NCBI RefSeq assembly: GCF_040938485.1
Contig: NW_027271817.1
Location: forward strand, 186,001 to 250,000
DNA from: Diadema antillarum
Lineage: Eukaryota
Length of the DNA stretch: 64,000 bases
Direction: 5' to 3'
Made by a program: the position numbers and the translations under genes. This document shows positions 1 to 16,900 of this stretch, one piece after another. The notes beneath the pieces were generated by a model. The model saw only the letters and a program-made list of their open reading frames with translations, did not search any database and had not been told where the DNA came from. Position 1 is the stretch's first letter, and each line of letters starts with the position of its first letter.

Positions 1-50
1 AAAAGAAAAGAAAAAAGTACTGCTAATCTACATTATAAAGTCTTTGGAAT

Positions 51-4662
<4,612 letters not shown>

Positions 4663-4669
4663 AACTTTC

Positions 4670-4920
4670 CTGTCACGTCACTTTCCGTTTCGTAGAGACG
4701 TCACGCAAATTGAAGTGCAGCTTGTTCGTGTGGTTTGCATTTGGGTGGGCTGGCCGTGAGTAGTAATGCATGCGCGCGCCACTGCTGATTCTTTTCACTG
4801 AAGAGTTCTGTGATCCTACCTGCCGGCGAGCTTGCATGCTGCGCTCGCTGGCGGCGCTGCGAGCGGCGCCGGGCGTTGACGCACGGTGCCGGTGACGACG
4901 CGTCGTCCGTCTAGCTCGTC
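4670..4920 (-). promoter_or_regulatory. Putative PDCD6 proximal promoter / CpG-rich patch
   Basis: TGACGTGA (minus, 4673-4680) and GTGACGTC (minus, 4697-4704) CRE/UPRE-like motifs, GGAAAG ETS-like cores, and a CpG-rich stretch at 4780-4920, all directly upstream of the ATG. Confidence 0.45.
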
Positions 4921-5598
4921 ATTATGCCATGAAACCCATTCATTCCCAAAGGTATCTTTTTTCCTTTTCAAAGCGATGTTATTTTTTTCAACAACTTTCA
5001 CATTTGCACCTTTTCGTAGGCTATCATATTTTAGGGAAATGATTTGAGAGGAAACGTATTACACCTTGTACTAATCTAGTCCTTTTATTTCTGAGGCTGG
5101 TCCGTCTTAATATTTTGTTTAGCTTTGTTTTTGTTTTATTTTTTTGTTTTTTGTTTTAATTCGGCCCATCCTATAATACTGTAGGCTCCTACTTGGAAAT
5201 GTCATCATAACCAATAACCATGAGTGACGTAATTATTTCTCAAATAGTAGGCTATATAACGGAAAGTCAAACGGGCCAGCATTCTGAAATAGTTGCAAAT
5301 AATTATGATAGGCCTATGATGTTCTTCAATTAAATGTTTTTGTTTGTTTGTTTGCTTTTGCTTTTTGAAGGAGGCCACATGTCACAAAAGCTTTGACTTG
5401 TTTGATACATCATCAGGAAGCTATTCCATAGAGTATGGGGCATGTCGTTTACCAGAGTCAATGATGGGCCCTACTATACTAAGGAATAAAAGAACTCATT
5501 GGCTGCAATAATGACTCTTGGCTGTATGACTCATGGATCCTTAAGTCGAACTCGTTGGTCGTATATATATATGATTCGTGAATGGCAAATTGATTTTC

Positions 5599-5816
5599 CT
5601 GGGATTACCCTAGTTTGCAGGCACAAACCCTTGTTGGTCGTAAAGGAGTCTGCGCCAAGACTACTATATGCCACCACTTCAGCACTGTCCCATAGGCCCT
5701 GTGTTGTAGCTTCTCCCAAAAAGGCTGCAGTGCAGTGGTGCATGTATTAGTCTTGGCATATGCAGACTCCTAATACGACCAACAAGGGTTTGTGCCTGCA
5801 AACTAGGATTACCCAG
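5599..5816. repeat. Inverted repeat (~65-bp arms, ~85-bp spacer), MITE-like
   Basis: ctagtttgcaggcacaaacccttgttggtcgta...gagtctgc at 5610-5652 is the reverse complement of gcagactcc...tacgaccaacaagggtttgtgcctgcaaactag at 5762-5806. Confidence 0.85.
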
Positions 5817-5928
5817 TGATGGTATATCCGTAGGCGATGCTGAGTAAAAGTATGTGGAAAAGAATATTATAGGTTTCAAGTGAAGATTGACCGAGGATGG
5901 TGTTCTGTACTTATTGGCGGTCATTTCA

Positions 5929-6176
5929 AATAATAATAATAATAAGGTCTTATTTACCCAGGGTAGCCTCTTCAGTGTTGCCACTGCTCTACCAGAGGGC
6001 CCTGCTATCATTATTACCCTAGCGTTGCCAGGTACCCATTTATACACCTGGGTCGAGAGGGACATTGTGGGTAAAAACATCTTGTCCAAGGACGTTTATT
6101 AAGCACTGAGCGGGATTCGATCTCGCGGTCCTCCTTTCGGGAGTCGTGAGTCTTATCCACTATGCCACAGCGCCCC
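5929..6176 (-). mobile_element. tRNA-derived SINE, full length
   Basis: The minus strand reads GGGGCGCTGTGGCATAGTGG (A box)...GAGATCGAATCC (B box), then a central CTCTCGACCCAGGTGTATAAATGGGTACCTGGC domain and a (TTA)n tail. Confidence 0.85.
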
Positions 6177-7020
6177 ACAAAAGTCATCTTTTTCTATTCT
6201 GTATAATAAAAACTATCAGTCATATTTTTGTTTCCATAAGTGTCAGATTCTCAGCTCTTATAGAAAGGATGTAATTATGATATCAACCTTGTCAATACAC
6301 GTGAAAACATTATTTCTTAAAGAAACCTATACACTTTGTTGTGATATCTTCGCACAGATTTCCATGGTCGCGGCCATTTGGAAATATTTATCATTTTGAC
6401 TGATTTTATCGACGAATTCGTTCGACTGAAATGTATAAGCCTTAGAATTTTCATACACATTTCAGTATAAGGTGGATTACACAAATTTGTTGCTTTTCAC
6501 CTTTGAATTGGTTCCATCTCTCGAATCACTTGCACTATACTAGCTATAGAGCATACTTTTTTTTTACCGCTAATGAAGAAAAAAAAAATGTATTAAATTT
6601 CAGATTTGGGCGGGCATTTTTTTTTTTTTATGTTCTCAAGATTCTTCACATCAGGATGCAAAAGTTGATTCATATTTGAATCCAGCACCCTGGAAGTAGA
6701 GTAAAACCATGTATTTTTTCTTTTTCGGCTTTTCATCATAATTATGGAAATGCACACCGATGGATTTTAGATTTTGGCTACAAATTTTGGCAATCCTTTT
6801 GGCCACCATTTTGAATATCTCAAAATCCCAAAGGATGTGTAAGAGTTGCATCATCAAGATTTAGATTCAGCACCCTTGAAATAGAGTAACCATCAACAAA
6901 TTTCGCGCGGAGGATAAAACGTGGCTAGGCTGTCATGCATGACAGAGCACATGAACAATTACTTTAAAGACAACAATGACAAATAAAGTTGGTGTGTTAT
7001 CGTGAAGGAACAATGTCTCA

Positions 7021-7060
7021 CCATGGAGCTATTATACTAACGCTGTTAGTAGCTCCATGG
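7021..7060. mobile_element. 40-bp palindromic micro-element with 5-bp TSD (TCTCA)
   Basis: tctca|ccatggagcta...tagctccatgg|tctca; related copy at 10632-10668. Confidence 0.7.
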
Positions 7061-8389
7061 TCTCACTGAATGGATGAAATCTATCTTTTTTTTACAGACT
7101 GAGATCCTTACTGCCCTACTTTGGCAAAATGAAGCAAGTGACAAAAGTGGCATTTCTCGTAAAAGAGCAAAAATGTGTCTGTCATTTACACTGACGTCAA
7201 TGGACTATATGTCTTATCTAATATATCTCTTAGTAGGATACTTAGTGTTTCTGCATGAAATTTGTCCTGGAAGAAGAGCTCATTTTGTGAATTATGAAAA
7301 CATCAATAACTCAAATTTGGATGGTATGTCACTTGCTTCCTTTTGCCAAAGTATCGCAGCTTATAGTTGCCTAAGATGGTTATATGATTTAATTATACAT
7401 AAAATGTATATATTATGCAACATGAGATCATTGCGAAAAAAAAAGGTTATTGTGTTGACTGCGCTGTGCGCATGCTCACAGCTTGAATCCAATTCCAAGG
7501 GGCGGGCTCAGATCAACTTGACGCTATTATATCGACAAGCCGTGCAACCTTTCTGCGTGTTATGCATGTTCTTTAAATTTTCGTGTACAAAGGTAACGCA
7601 GAGATATGTTAATGAGATAAATGATAATGATCTGTAAATGATAATTATCAATGTCATGGCTGTGTTACATTGTCTGTCTGTCACGTGATTCATAATCTAT
7701 GAACATATAATTTTGATGATAACAATGACAAGATGTTACCAATACTACAATATTGGTCATTGACAAGTGACCAAAGTGGCTACTCGAGTCTCGCTGGTTA
7801 CAGTGATGATATTGTCTCTGCGATGTCTCTGCGATGTCTCCGCGACGTCCCCGCGAAGTCTCCGCTACGTCTCCTCGACGTCTCCTTATAATGTCGACAT
7901 AGGATTTTTATACAGCAAATGCCGGGTCACACCGGGCATTCGCTGTAGACTCAACATGTTTGATTTTTTTTCGTAGATTTTTTGTTTCAGTCTCCAGCTG
8001 GTCTCGCAGACATCTCCGCAATCTTGCTGACCCATGACGACCCAACGGTGACGATGTGAAGACGCGACGGAGACGTTAGATGCCAGTCCTCGAGTGAGAA
8101 TACTTGATTTGGCCTACATGAGGCGCTCTTGGGAAGCTGATTATCATCGATGCAAAAATTGAATTTGAAATTTATGGGATTTATGGAATTGTTGATAACG
8201 GAAATGATTTTAAGTTGAAAAAGATAGATGAGCAAGCAAGATGTTGAGTGGTTTGAATAACCTCTCTGTTGATAGAGCAAGTGCGTTATGCTTGGAAAAT
8301 ATTCCCCCATAACTCTTTTTGAAGTCAATTGCTGAATAATATCTTAAAACCGCTGACATAATTATATATCAGTCAATATGTTGTCCAAC

Positions 8390-9922
8390 TCTACGGATAC
8401 TATATTTACATAAATGTCTTGCTTATCGAGTGAGCACTAATCATGCAGGCTTTAGGCCAAACAATAATTTCACCATTGAAAATTGTTTTAATTACCACCA
8501 AGACTGGCTTGATGGAAAAAGGTAACTTGGTTGGGATGGTAACCTTGGATTTAAAGTTTAAGGCATTTGATATCATGGTAGACCATGGTACAATGTATCC
8601 TCAAGAAACTGCGTTTAAATATGGTATATATTAATGGTAGGTGATGCTGTTGAATGGTTCCGACTTCCGAAGCTATCTTATTGATCGCACACAATGCACT
8701 GTCCTCAACAATTTAACAGTTCACAAACAACCATGCACACATGGAATACTACAGGCCGGGTCAAAATCTGGACCCTTTACTTTTTGTTCTTTACAAAACG
8801 ATTTACCTTTATCTGTAATGAATTGCAAGGTTCCAATACACGCAGATGATACCTGCCTGCACTACTCGTGTGGCGATGTGCATGGATTGAAGATTGTTTT
8901 AAATGAAGAATAGTAAGAATACATATAGATGGTTAAACAGAAATAAACCCGCTGAAATGTTACAAAATATGAATTTCTTTTAATTGGGTCAAGTAATAAG
9001 TAACTCATTTCAATTGAGACACCATGTATTAAAATCAAGGACACTCGTGTGTTCAAATTGTAAGTATCTTGGTGTACATGATGTTAATGATCAACATCTA
9101 TATAGAGTGGTCAAATCAATTTGATTCATTGCATATAATTATTATAGAAAAATTACACACCCTGTTTTATTTTTGTTAAAGAGAATCCGACCTTATATAA
9201 TAGCAAGTGGCATAATTTTTATTAAAACTATTATTCAGAGTAGGATTGGCTACTGTAGTATGTAGGGGCGTTGGTGAAATGCAGGAAAAACACGTATTGA
9301 TAAAATTCAGAAATTACTCAATAGAGCACTTACAGTTGCTATGGACATAAAGTGGAGATTTTCAAGTGAAGAATTATTTGATTTTAGTACAAATTTAAAA
9401 TTGGAGATAGACAAATTTGTTGAAAAAGTGATAAACAGTTGTTGCATGTATACGTATAGATTTATAAATAGGACCATGCCTTTGTAATTCATTTTCATTT
9501 AAGCAGTCTACTGCTTACATACGGAGAAAAGGAACATTTAAATTAGACGTGGTGTATATCGCGGTATAAATACCAAATTATGGAACAATCTCTCAGATGA
9601 CGTAAAGCAAAGTGTATCCCTCTCTATTATCTAAAAATAAGATAAATCATAATATAGCAATCGTTTGCATTGAACTGTAACATTGTATGTCAGTCACTTT
9701 TCTTTCGGTATCTGAAGTCCTATTGCGTATTGATTGCAATATGCATGATTTCGAATGTTTTGCTTTTGTGTGTTTGTTTTCTTTTCGTTTCCTATATACT
9801 ATTTATGTAGGCCTATAAAATGTTGCTTTAAAACTATAGACGGACTCACAGAGGAACAGCCATGGACTTTGAAGTGGGTGACCGGTGGTGAAATAAAATA
9901 AACTCAAACTCAAACTCAAACT
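8390..9922 (+). pseudogene. Heavily decayed non-LTR retrotransposon (CR1/L2-type) RT relic with (AAACTC)n tail
   Basis: Fragments LDLKFKAFDIMVDH (cf. LDLxKAFDTVDH), FRSYLIDRTQ, NDLPLSVMNCKVPIHADDT (cf. NDLP...YADDT), with many frameshifts and stops. 3' tail aaactc x3 at ~9901-9922. Confidence 0.8.
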
Positions 9923-10631
9923 CCTACTCTACTAGATAGGCCTATAGTGCATCACTGATGTTTTAATATGAGATTCAATATTGGGCAGAGTAATATTAAT
10001 GCCCGAAAGATGATTGGAATGCACTGTGCATGTCGCAAACTCGGGTGAAAGATGACTTCCGATGTTGATCAATACGAGTGTTGTTATTTCAAATAGCCGG
10101 TGTAAGATAAAGATATAAATGATTATCAATAAATGAACTGCAATCGTTCAGTATAATTTGTATCCGCCTACAATCTTCATTCGTATTAGTAAACATACTG
10201 GCATGATTCACATGAAAAGTTTGATTCTTTGGCTTCATTAATATGATATGAGTCACAATGCCGTAATGTTCATCTCTTGTGTAGGCCTATAATGATTCTT
10301 AAATTTCACACAGTATATATAGGCTAATTTCCACCGTTGTCTTGTAAAGTTTTTGTAGGGCCTATTCCTTTATTGATCCATGCGATTGATGTCCATGTAA
10401 GTGCTTTGTTTTGAATATTTCTGTATGACAGGCCCTGCCCTACAACATCGTTCTGGAAAAGTGAAAGAAGAGCAGCAGGCCTCCCGGTCCACTGAAGTAT
10501 AAAAAAAGTCCAGGGGGGGGGGGGGATCATGTACTCATCATGGGCGGTGGCTCTGCATCTCGTGACATGACAGCACGCACAATCGGAAAACGGCAGCATT
10601 GCCCTGTTGCAGACCGCTCATCAAGGTACGA

Positions 10632-10668
10632 GCATGGAGCTACTAACAGAGACTTAGTAGCTCCATGG
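10632..10668. mobile_element. 37-bp palindromic micro-element with 5-bp TSD (TACGA)
   Basis: tacga|gcatggagctactaa-cagagac-ttagtagctccatgg|tacga. Confidence 0.7.
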
Positions 10669-10900
10669 TACGAGTACACACCACCACCGTGCGGCCGCAC
10701 CCACAACCCTCCTCTTGGAATTGCACACATATCCTCCGGCCGCCTGCGCCTGCACTCGACCGCTTGTGATTTAGTGTGGTGTCATGGCTCTGCTGGCTTA
10801 AAAAAGATAGGATTTGTTGATTGCGAGAAATACTGTTTGGATGGTGCGAACACAGACGTGCTCCCGTCGTTGATAAAGTATCGTTTCAGTCCAGTCCACC

Positions 10901-13900
10901 ATGGGCAAACTACAAATTTTTGAGGTGTTATTTGCAGGGAACAACTCAGTATTTAGACCTGGAGACCCCGTACATGGGGAGGTGAGGATTGTCGTCTCGG
11001 AGGAAAAGGGTGACATACGAGGTGAGTTTATACTACTTACTAGTACTAGATTCTACTGCCGCCCAGTACTGGCAGTAGAATAGAAGCGTGCCCAGTGTTA
11101 ATTTTTGTTGACAGGGGCAAACGAGATAACATTCACAGCTCTTGATGATACTGGCTTACTGCTATCCTCACACAGATCGTAGTACAATGTATTAACCAAA
11201 AAGATGCGAGAAACGGTAATACTAGATACGTGTAAATTAAGTGATAGTCAGGTGATTGATGGTGATGGTGGTGGTGCATGGTGGCAGCAGTTACAAGGCG
11301 TGTGACTATGGTGACTCTTGTATCTCTTCCCACCTAGACAGATTGAGAAAGATCCGTCTGTCTGGAGGAGTCTTTTATTTTTTTGACGTTAGGGGATCGA
11401 TCCGTGGAGCCAGTAGTCTCCGCAGAACATATCTTTCGGTCAACCCACCCCCTATCTAACCTCGGGGCGCTCCTTGTTCGGGCTGGTCGCAGTTACCCAC
11501 CTTCCTGATCTGACTGACAACCCTAAATACATTTCACTCAGTGGCGGATCCAGAGGGGGGCGCAACTGGCGCACGCCCCCCCCCCCTTTATTTTTCGTAA
11601 AAAACAAAAGAAATAAAAAGAAAAAAATGAAATGAAACCCGGAAGTGGCACCAGAAATTTTAGTCACGCCCCCCCCCCCCCCCCCCTTTACAGAATTCCT
11701 GGATCCGCCCCTGACACTTTACGAGCAAGAGAGGTTTTAAGTGGGAGTCTGACTCCCTGGTCATTTGACAGAAAGATTGGTCTGTATCTGTCCGTCGGGG
11801 AATGTTCCGCGGAGACTGCGTCTGGCTTCACAGATCCCCTCTGTCTACGGAGGACAGCGTTAATGGCAAAATATAAAAGAGTCCTCCGGACAGACGGATC
11901 TTTCTGTTTACCTGGTCATATGAGAGCTGAAGAGCCGTGCAATGTGAGGGCATGGAATGAAAGTGACACTTCTCACATGAAACAATAGGTACTGGTACTT
12001 AATATAGGTGTACCTCCGACATCGTAGTGATTGTCTGAAGTACAATATACACGTTGCATATACATTCTATGTTGTGCACACACCAGTAACTGGTTTCTGC
12101 AGGACAAAAGGCAAATGAAAGTGATGTTTTGTTGAAGATTGGTAAAGAGTGAAGTTAGTTTGAATATTGGATTGTAGATCGTGATTATTTGTAATGCTCA
12201 GTTGTTGATTGTATAGTACAGTCAAACCTGTCTATAGATATACAGTAGCGTCCACCCAAGGAAAACGACAAAAGTGGCTGCCGTAGACGAGTGGCCACTT
12301 AAAGACGGGCTTTTCACAAAGTAAGAGCTGTGTTTGTCAATTAAGTTTGTTTGATTGTGACTAAATGAACTAGGATTTGGTAGAATTCACACAACGAATG
12401 TAAAAGCTAACATATTCAAGGCTCAGCTAAATTTTTGTGGCCGCTACAAATCAAATGTATTATGCAATTAAACATTCACCTCGGGATACAAAATGATGAG
12501 TGGCCACTGGCAGCGTTTAGAGTCTGTAGTACAGCAATTTTGTGTGGGGGATCTTCAGTGGCCCCTTTACATAAGCAGGTGGCCACTATAGACAGGTGGC
12601 GGCTAAGACAGGTTTGACTGTAAATGTCCAGCAAAGTTTTCAATATGTTATGAGTCATGCTTGTGATAAGTTGGGAGTGTCGAGTGAGTCCTGCCTCATC
12701 AATGTAAAATCAGTTTTGTATAGATCTGGAATTGTGAATCCTTAAGTCGCAGTATGCAAATCATTTTTTAGAATAGCGAATCCTTGAGTTAATGGAATTA
12801 GAACAACAGGAGAAAAACAATTACCAGTAAACAAAGATGATTTGTATTTTAGCCTAGTAAGGCAGAAATGGATTTAGCTTTTTGCTGGGGGGGTTGACCC
12901 AATGAGGATGCGGATCTATACAGCAAAGTCTGAGCTATGCAGCAAGTGGGGGAGAGTCTTTCTTCTTCCTGTTCAGTGCAGTCCACCTTTGGTGTAATGT
13001 TCACGAATACTGTTGGCAGGCATGGCAGTCTGAGAGGAGGTGTCCCCCCTTTTGGCAATTTGTGTTTTCTTTTTTGTTTTTCCTTTTGTTTTTGCTATTT
13101 TGAACCCCCATAAATGAATTGTAAGTGTCTGAGATTGAGTTTGAGACAGAGTGCTAGGAACATACCGGCCTACTGTGTTAGTCTGGACACATTGCGTTTG
13201 TCTATAGATGCACATCACATTTTCACTTGGCAGCCCAAGGCAAAGGGGGAGGGAGGAGTTAAACCCCCTAACCCCCCCCCCCCCCCCGATTCACCACTGT
13301 AAGAATGCTATCAAATTTGGTCAGAGGGAGAAAGAGAAGATGAAAGCTGCCTTGCTCTGTTTATGTACATATTTAATCATACATTGTAGCCTGGTTAGGC
13401 CAGGACCCTCTCCATGGCATACTCAGCACTTGGCGTATCCAGAGGGGGCGCACCAGGGCGCGCCCCCTCTTTATTCGTTGTTAAAACAAAAGAAATAAAA
13501 AGAAAAACTGACATGAAACCCCTGAATAGCACCAGAAATATTGTTTGCACCCCCCCCCCCCCCCCCTTTACGGAATTCCTGGATCCGCCCCTGATACTGG
13601 TACAAGGAAGGCAATCACATGAGACATGCCATGGAATTGGAAAGGGAAAGAAAGGACAAGGTAAATGTAGGGTATCTGGCCAATATGAAACACACTTTAC
13701 TTGTATGTGCCACCACCTTAGCTTAGTTGCTATATCATATTTGTTAACAATTTCTTTGTTTACTCATACTACCCCTTCTGCATACACATTCCATTCATCA
13801 TGACCCTAGTAACATTTTTGCTATTCAAATTTTTATAATGAAAGTGAACAGATTACTTGTTGAACGAGCTGTACTAATTTTGTCGTGTGAATAGTTTTTA

Positions 13901-16900
13901 CCACTTTCAGTGCTAGTCTTACAAGTGTAATAGGTTGACCTTTGACCTTGATTATTTCTTTGTTTTGTCTGTCATCTCCAGGAATTCAGATCAAGTTTGT
14001 CGGAAAGTCGTACACGCACTGGACAGAAGAAGAAGGGTCTGGTGATGACCGCAGAACTGTGACATACCGATGGAAGATTCCATTCTTCAAGCAGGAAGTT
14101 ACACTTCGTGGAGCAGGTAACAGCTTGAATGGAATTCTTCTTGACGGCTGCTTTTGATTGCTAGTTACCCTCTGCTTGTTCACTGTAGAATACTGGAAAT
14201 ATCTATGGTCTGGTGTGATTGATTTGCTCATTGGAAACAACCATTCTCATGATTTTCTTGAGTCCTTTGTGTTCCTAAGTCGTTGATGCAACAGGTTGCA
14301 GAAATTGGAAAGAGATGCAGTCTATATGAGAGCCTAAGATCTGGCAGAACTGAATGCTGATGAAATTCGTACTCCTTGTGTCATACAGGTAAGGACAACA
14401 GCCAGGCCAATCGCATTACCCTCCCTACCGGAGAGCACCGCTTCCCTTTTCAGTTCCAGGTCCCATTTCAGTCCTTGCCGCCCCCATTTGAGGGGAGATA
14501 TGGGTACGTGAGGTACTACGTGAAGGCAGTGATTGACCGGCCATGGAAGTTTGACCATCACACCAAGAGGTTCTTTAGCATCATGACGGTCAAAGATCTG
14601 AACTTTGTCCCAAATATCCTGGTAAGTAAAACATATTATCCCATTTTCATCTGAAAGCATGACTGCTTTGTCATTAAATAATGATGATTTCTTATAATCT
14701 ATCTATTATGATGAATGTTTTCCATGTCATCTATTCCGATGTAAATTACTGTAAATATGCCTGTGCTGTCAAACCAGAAACATTTGCAGCATGAAACTTT
14801 CGCAAAATGGCCAAGTGCTGGCATTCAGTGCATTGTGTAGACTAAACCTCTTGCATGCATTTTACTTTTATGAATCCTGGCTCCTTACAAAATTCGAGAT
14901 AGTTACATGCACCCAAAACTTTCTTATTTCACAGTATTTTGTAGGATGAATTAGAGCAAACTGCATCACTGTATACACAGCAGTGATTGAGAATGAAATA
15001 TCTATAGAAATGGTCATGGATATATAGAGTGCCAAAGTGTGATGTAATAGCTGTTCATCGCAATGGAAACTGGTTCTTAACAACCTCACCTTGCCCCTAA
15101 GGCTGCGTTCACATAGAAGTATACTATTCGGGTATTCGGGCTCGTTTTTCAAGGGCACTCGAATAGCTTGAATCGAACGATAGGATTTCCTCACACCGGT
15201 TCACATAGGAGGGCACTATTCGAAAGTACCGAATAGCTGCAAAAAGTATAGCAAAGTGGGAATCGAGCTTGTTCGATTTTCTTGCAGCGTATACCGTCTC
15301 TCGTTTATGAAATAATGACACTTTTGGTCTGGATTTGCCCTTTAGCAAAAATAAGCATGTAGACTGACATTTTGATGCTGTTTAGAAATTGTTAATAAGA
15401 TTTGCTGGGATGTAGGAGGAAGAAATCCTCACTGCATGGGATGGTGAGTTGACGGTGCGGGTGATGGTGTATTCGGTGCCCGAATAGCGAATAGCGAATA
15501 CCGAATACCCGAATACCGAATACTTCTATGTGAACGCAGCCTAATGAGCCAGTTTGCAGTTCCATGTTGCAAGTGAGCAGACAAAAGGTCATTCATAACA
15601 GGCATGTACCGACAGGCATGTTGATTTTTAAGTTCACTTGGACAAGCATCTGTGATGTTATGATTATTCATTTAATCCTCATAAATGCTGCTTGCTTGCA
15701 CATCCACCTCACAGCAAAAGTGGTATTTGGCAGTATTTATAGAAAGAGACTGGTATGATTAATACATTCAATGCAAAATAATGAAATGGATGCTTTCCCA
15801 AGTACAGTGTTAATTGACGGCTCATTCTGGTCATCTGGCCTACGTAAGTTCATTCTTTGTTTGAACAGGATTGATGAATCCCATAAATTTTTTATGCATT
15901 ATGTCGCTCTGAAAACAAGTGAAGTGCCCCTAGTCAACTGAGAAAACAGAAAGGTCATTCATACCAATGTGCCCATGAGCTAACTCCGAACTGGCTTTAT
16001 ACTGGTATCTATGAATACTATTTGTTACTAACCATGCTTGGCCCTGGTTCCATTCCAAGCTGGAACAAAATATTCTGACATCATTATTTTGATACTCTAC
16101 AAGGGAATGATACAAGAAGGAATTGAGTATATGAATATAAGAACGACCCAAGTCCATGGAGGAATATTTCGAGTAAACTAAAAAAAACTTCATATCTTTT
16201 TTATTTGTCCAGTAATATTCTATTCAACTGTGATGGGAAGGCAACATTGTATATACAAATTAGAACATATATTATTATGACAATTAACATTTACATTAAT
16301 TGTGGAGAGGCCATTTTGTGTGGTGGACTTGGGTCGTTCTTTGATTCATATGGACTTGGGTCGTTCTGTGATTCATATACATGATATTCTGCTATAGAGA
16401 TGGGAGAAGGATGAGAGAGGGCGCTATTATATGAATGTAAGAATGACCCAAGTCCTTCATTCTTATATTGATATAAGATTTAACTCATTCATTTCAGGCA
16501 CTTCCGGGGGTAATTAAGATTTATCATTTACACACAAGATGAGTCCATGCATAAGCTACAATTTCCCATTAAAAACTGAATTTGGCCAAAAATTGGACTT
16601 GGGTCGTTCTTATATTCATATACTCAATTGTATCGAATAAATACATCAACATAAGGATTGAGAGAATGTAGCAATATTAGTAGAACACATCATTGAAAGT
16701 TTGAGGAAAATCAGACAATCCGTTCAAAAGTTATGAATTGTTGAAGTTTTTTTGCAGTACCCGCTGGATGAGAAGACTACTGCAGTGTATGAATAACTTA
16801 GATGTCACATGCGTACAACAATATAAGGAAAATATAAAGAGAATTTCACAAAATTCCATCTTTTGAAAAAAGTACACATTCCCCTACCTCGTTACCGATA

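Noticed and set aside
6100-6176. tRNA-like A and B boxes
   Set aside because: This is the head of a SINE; it has no complete cloverleaf and continues into a SINE body and tail.
6669-6885. RE1/NRSE-like TTCAGCACC words
   Set aside because: The right half-site GGACAG is missing, and they are part of a locally repeated, TE-like fragment.
7440-7700. Cluster of NRF1-like, GC-box and E-box words suggesting a separate promoter
   Set aside because: No associated exon or RNA gene could be supported, and short motifs alone are insufficient.
10550-10590. Possible ChoRE (MondoA site, as in TXNIP/ARRDC4) in the ARRDC promoter
   Set aside because: Only one CACGAG half-site; no second E-box at 5-bp spacing.
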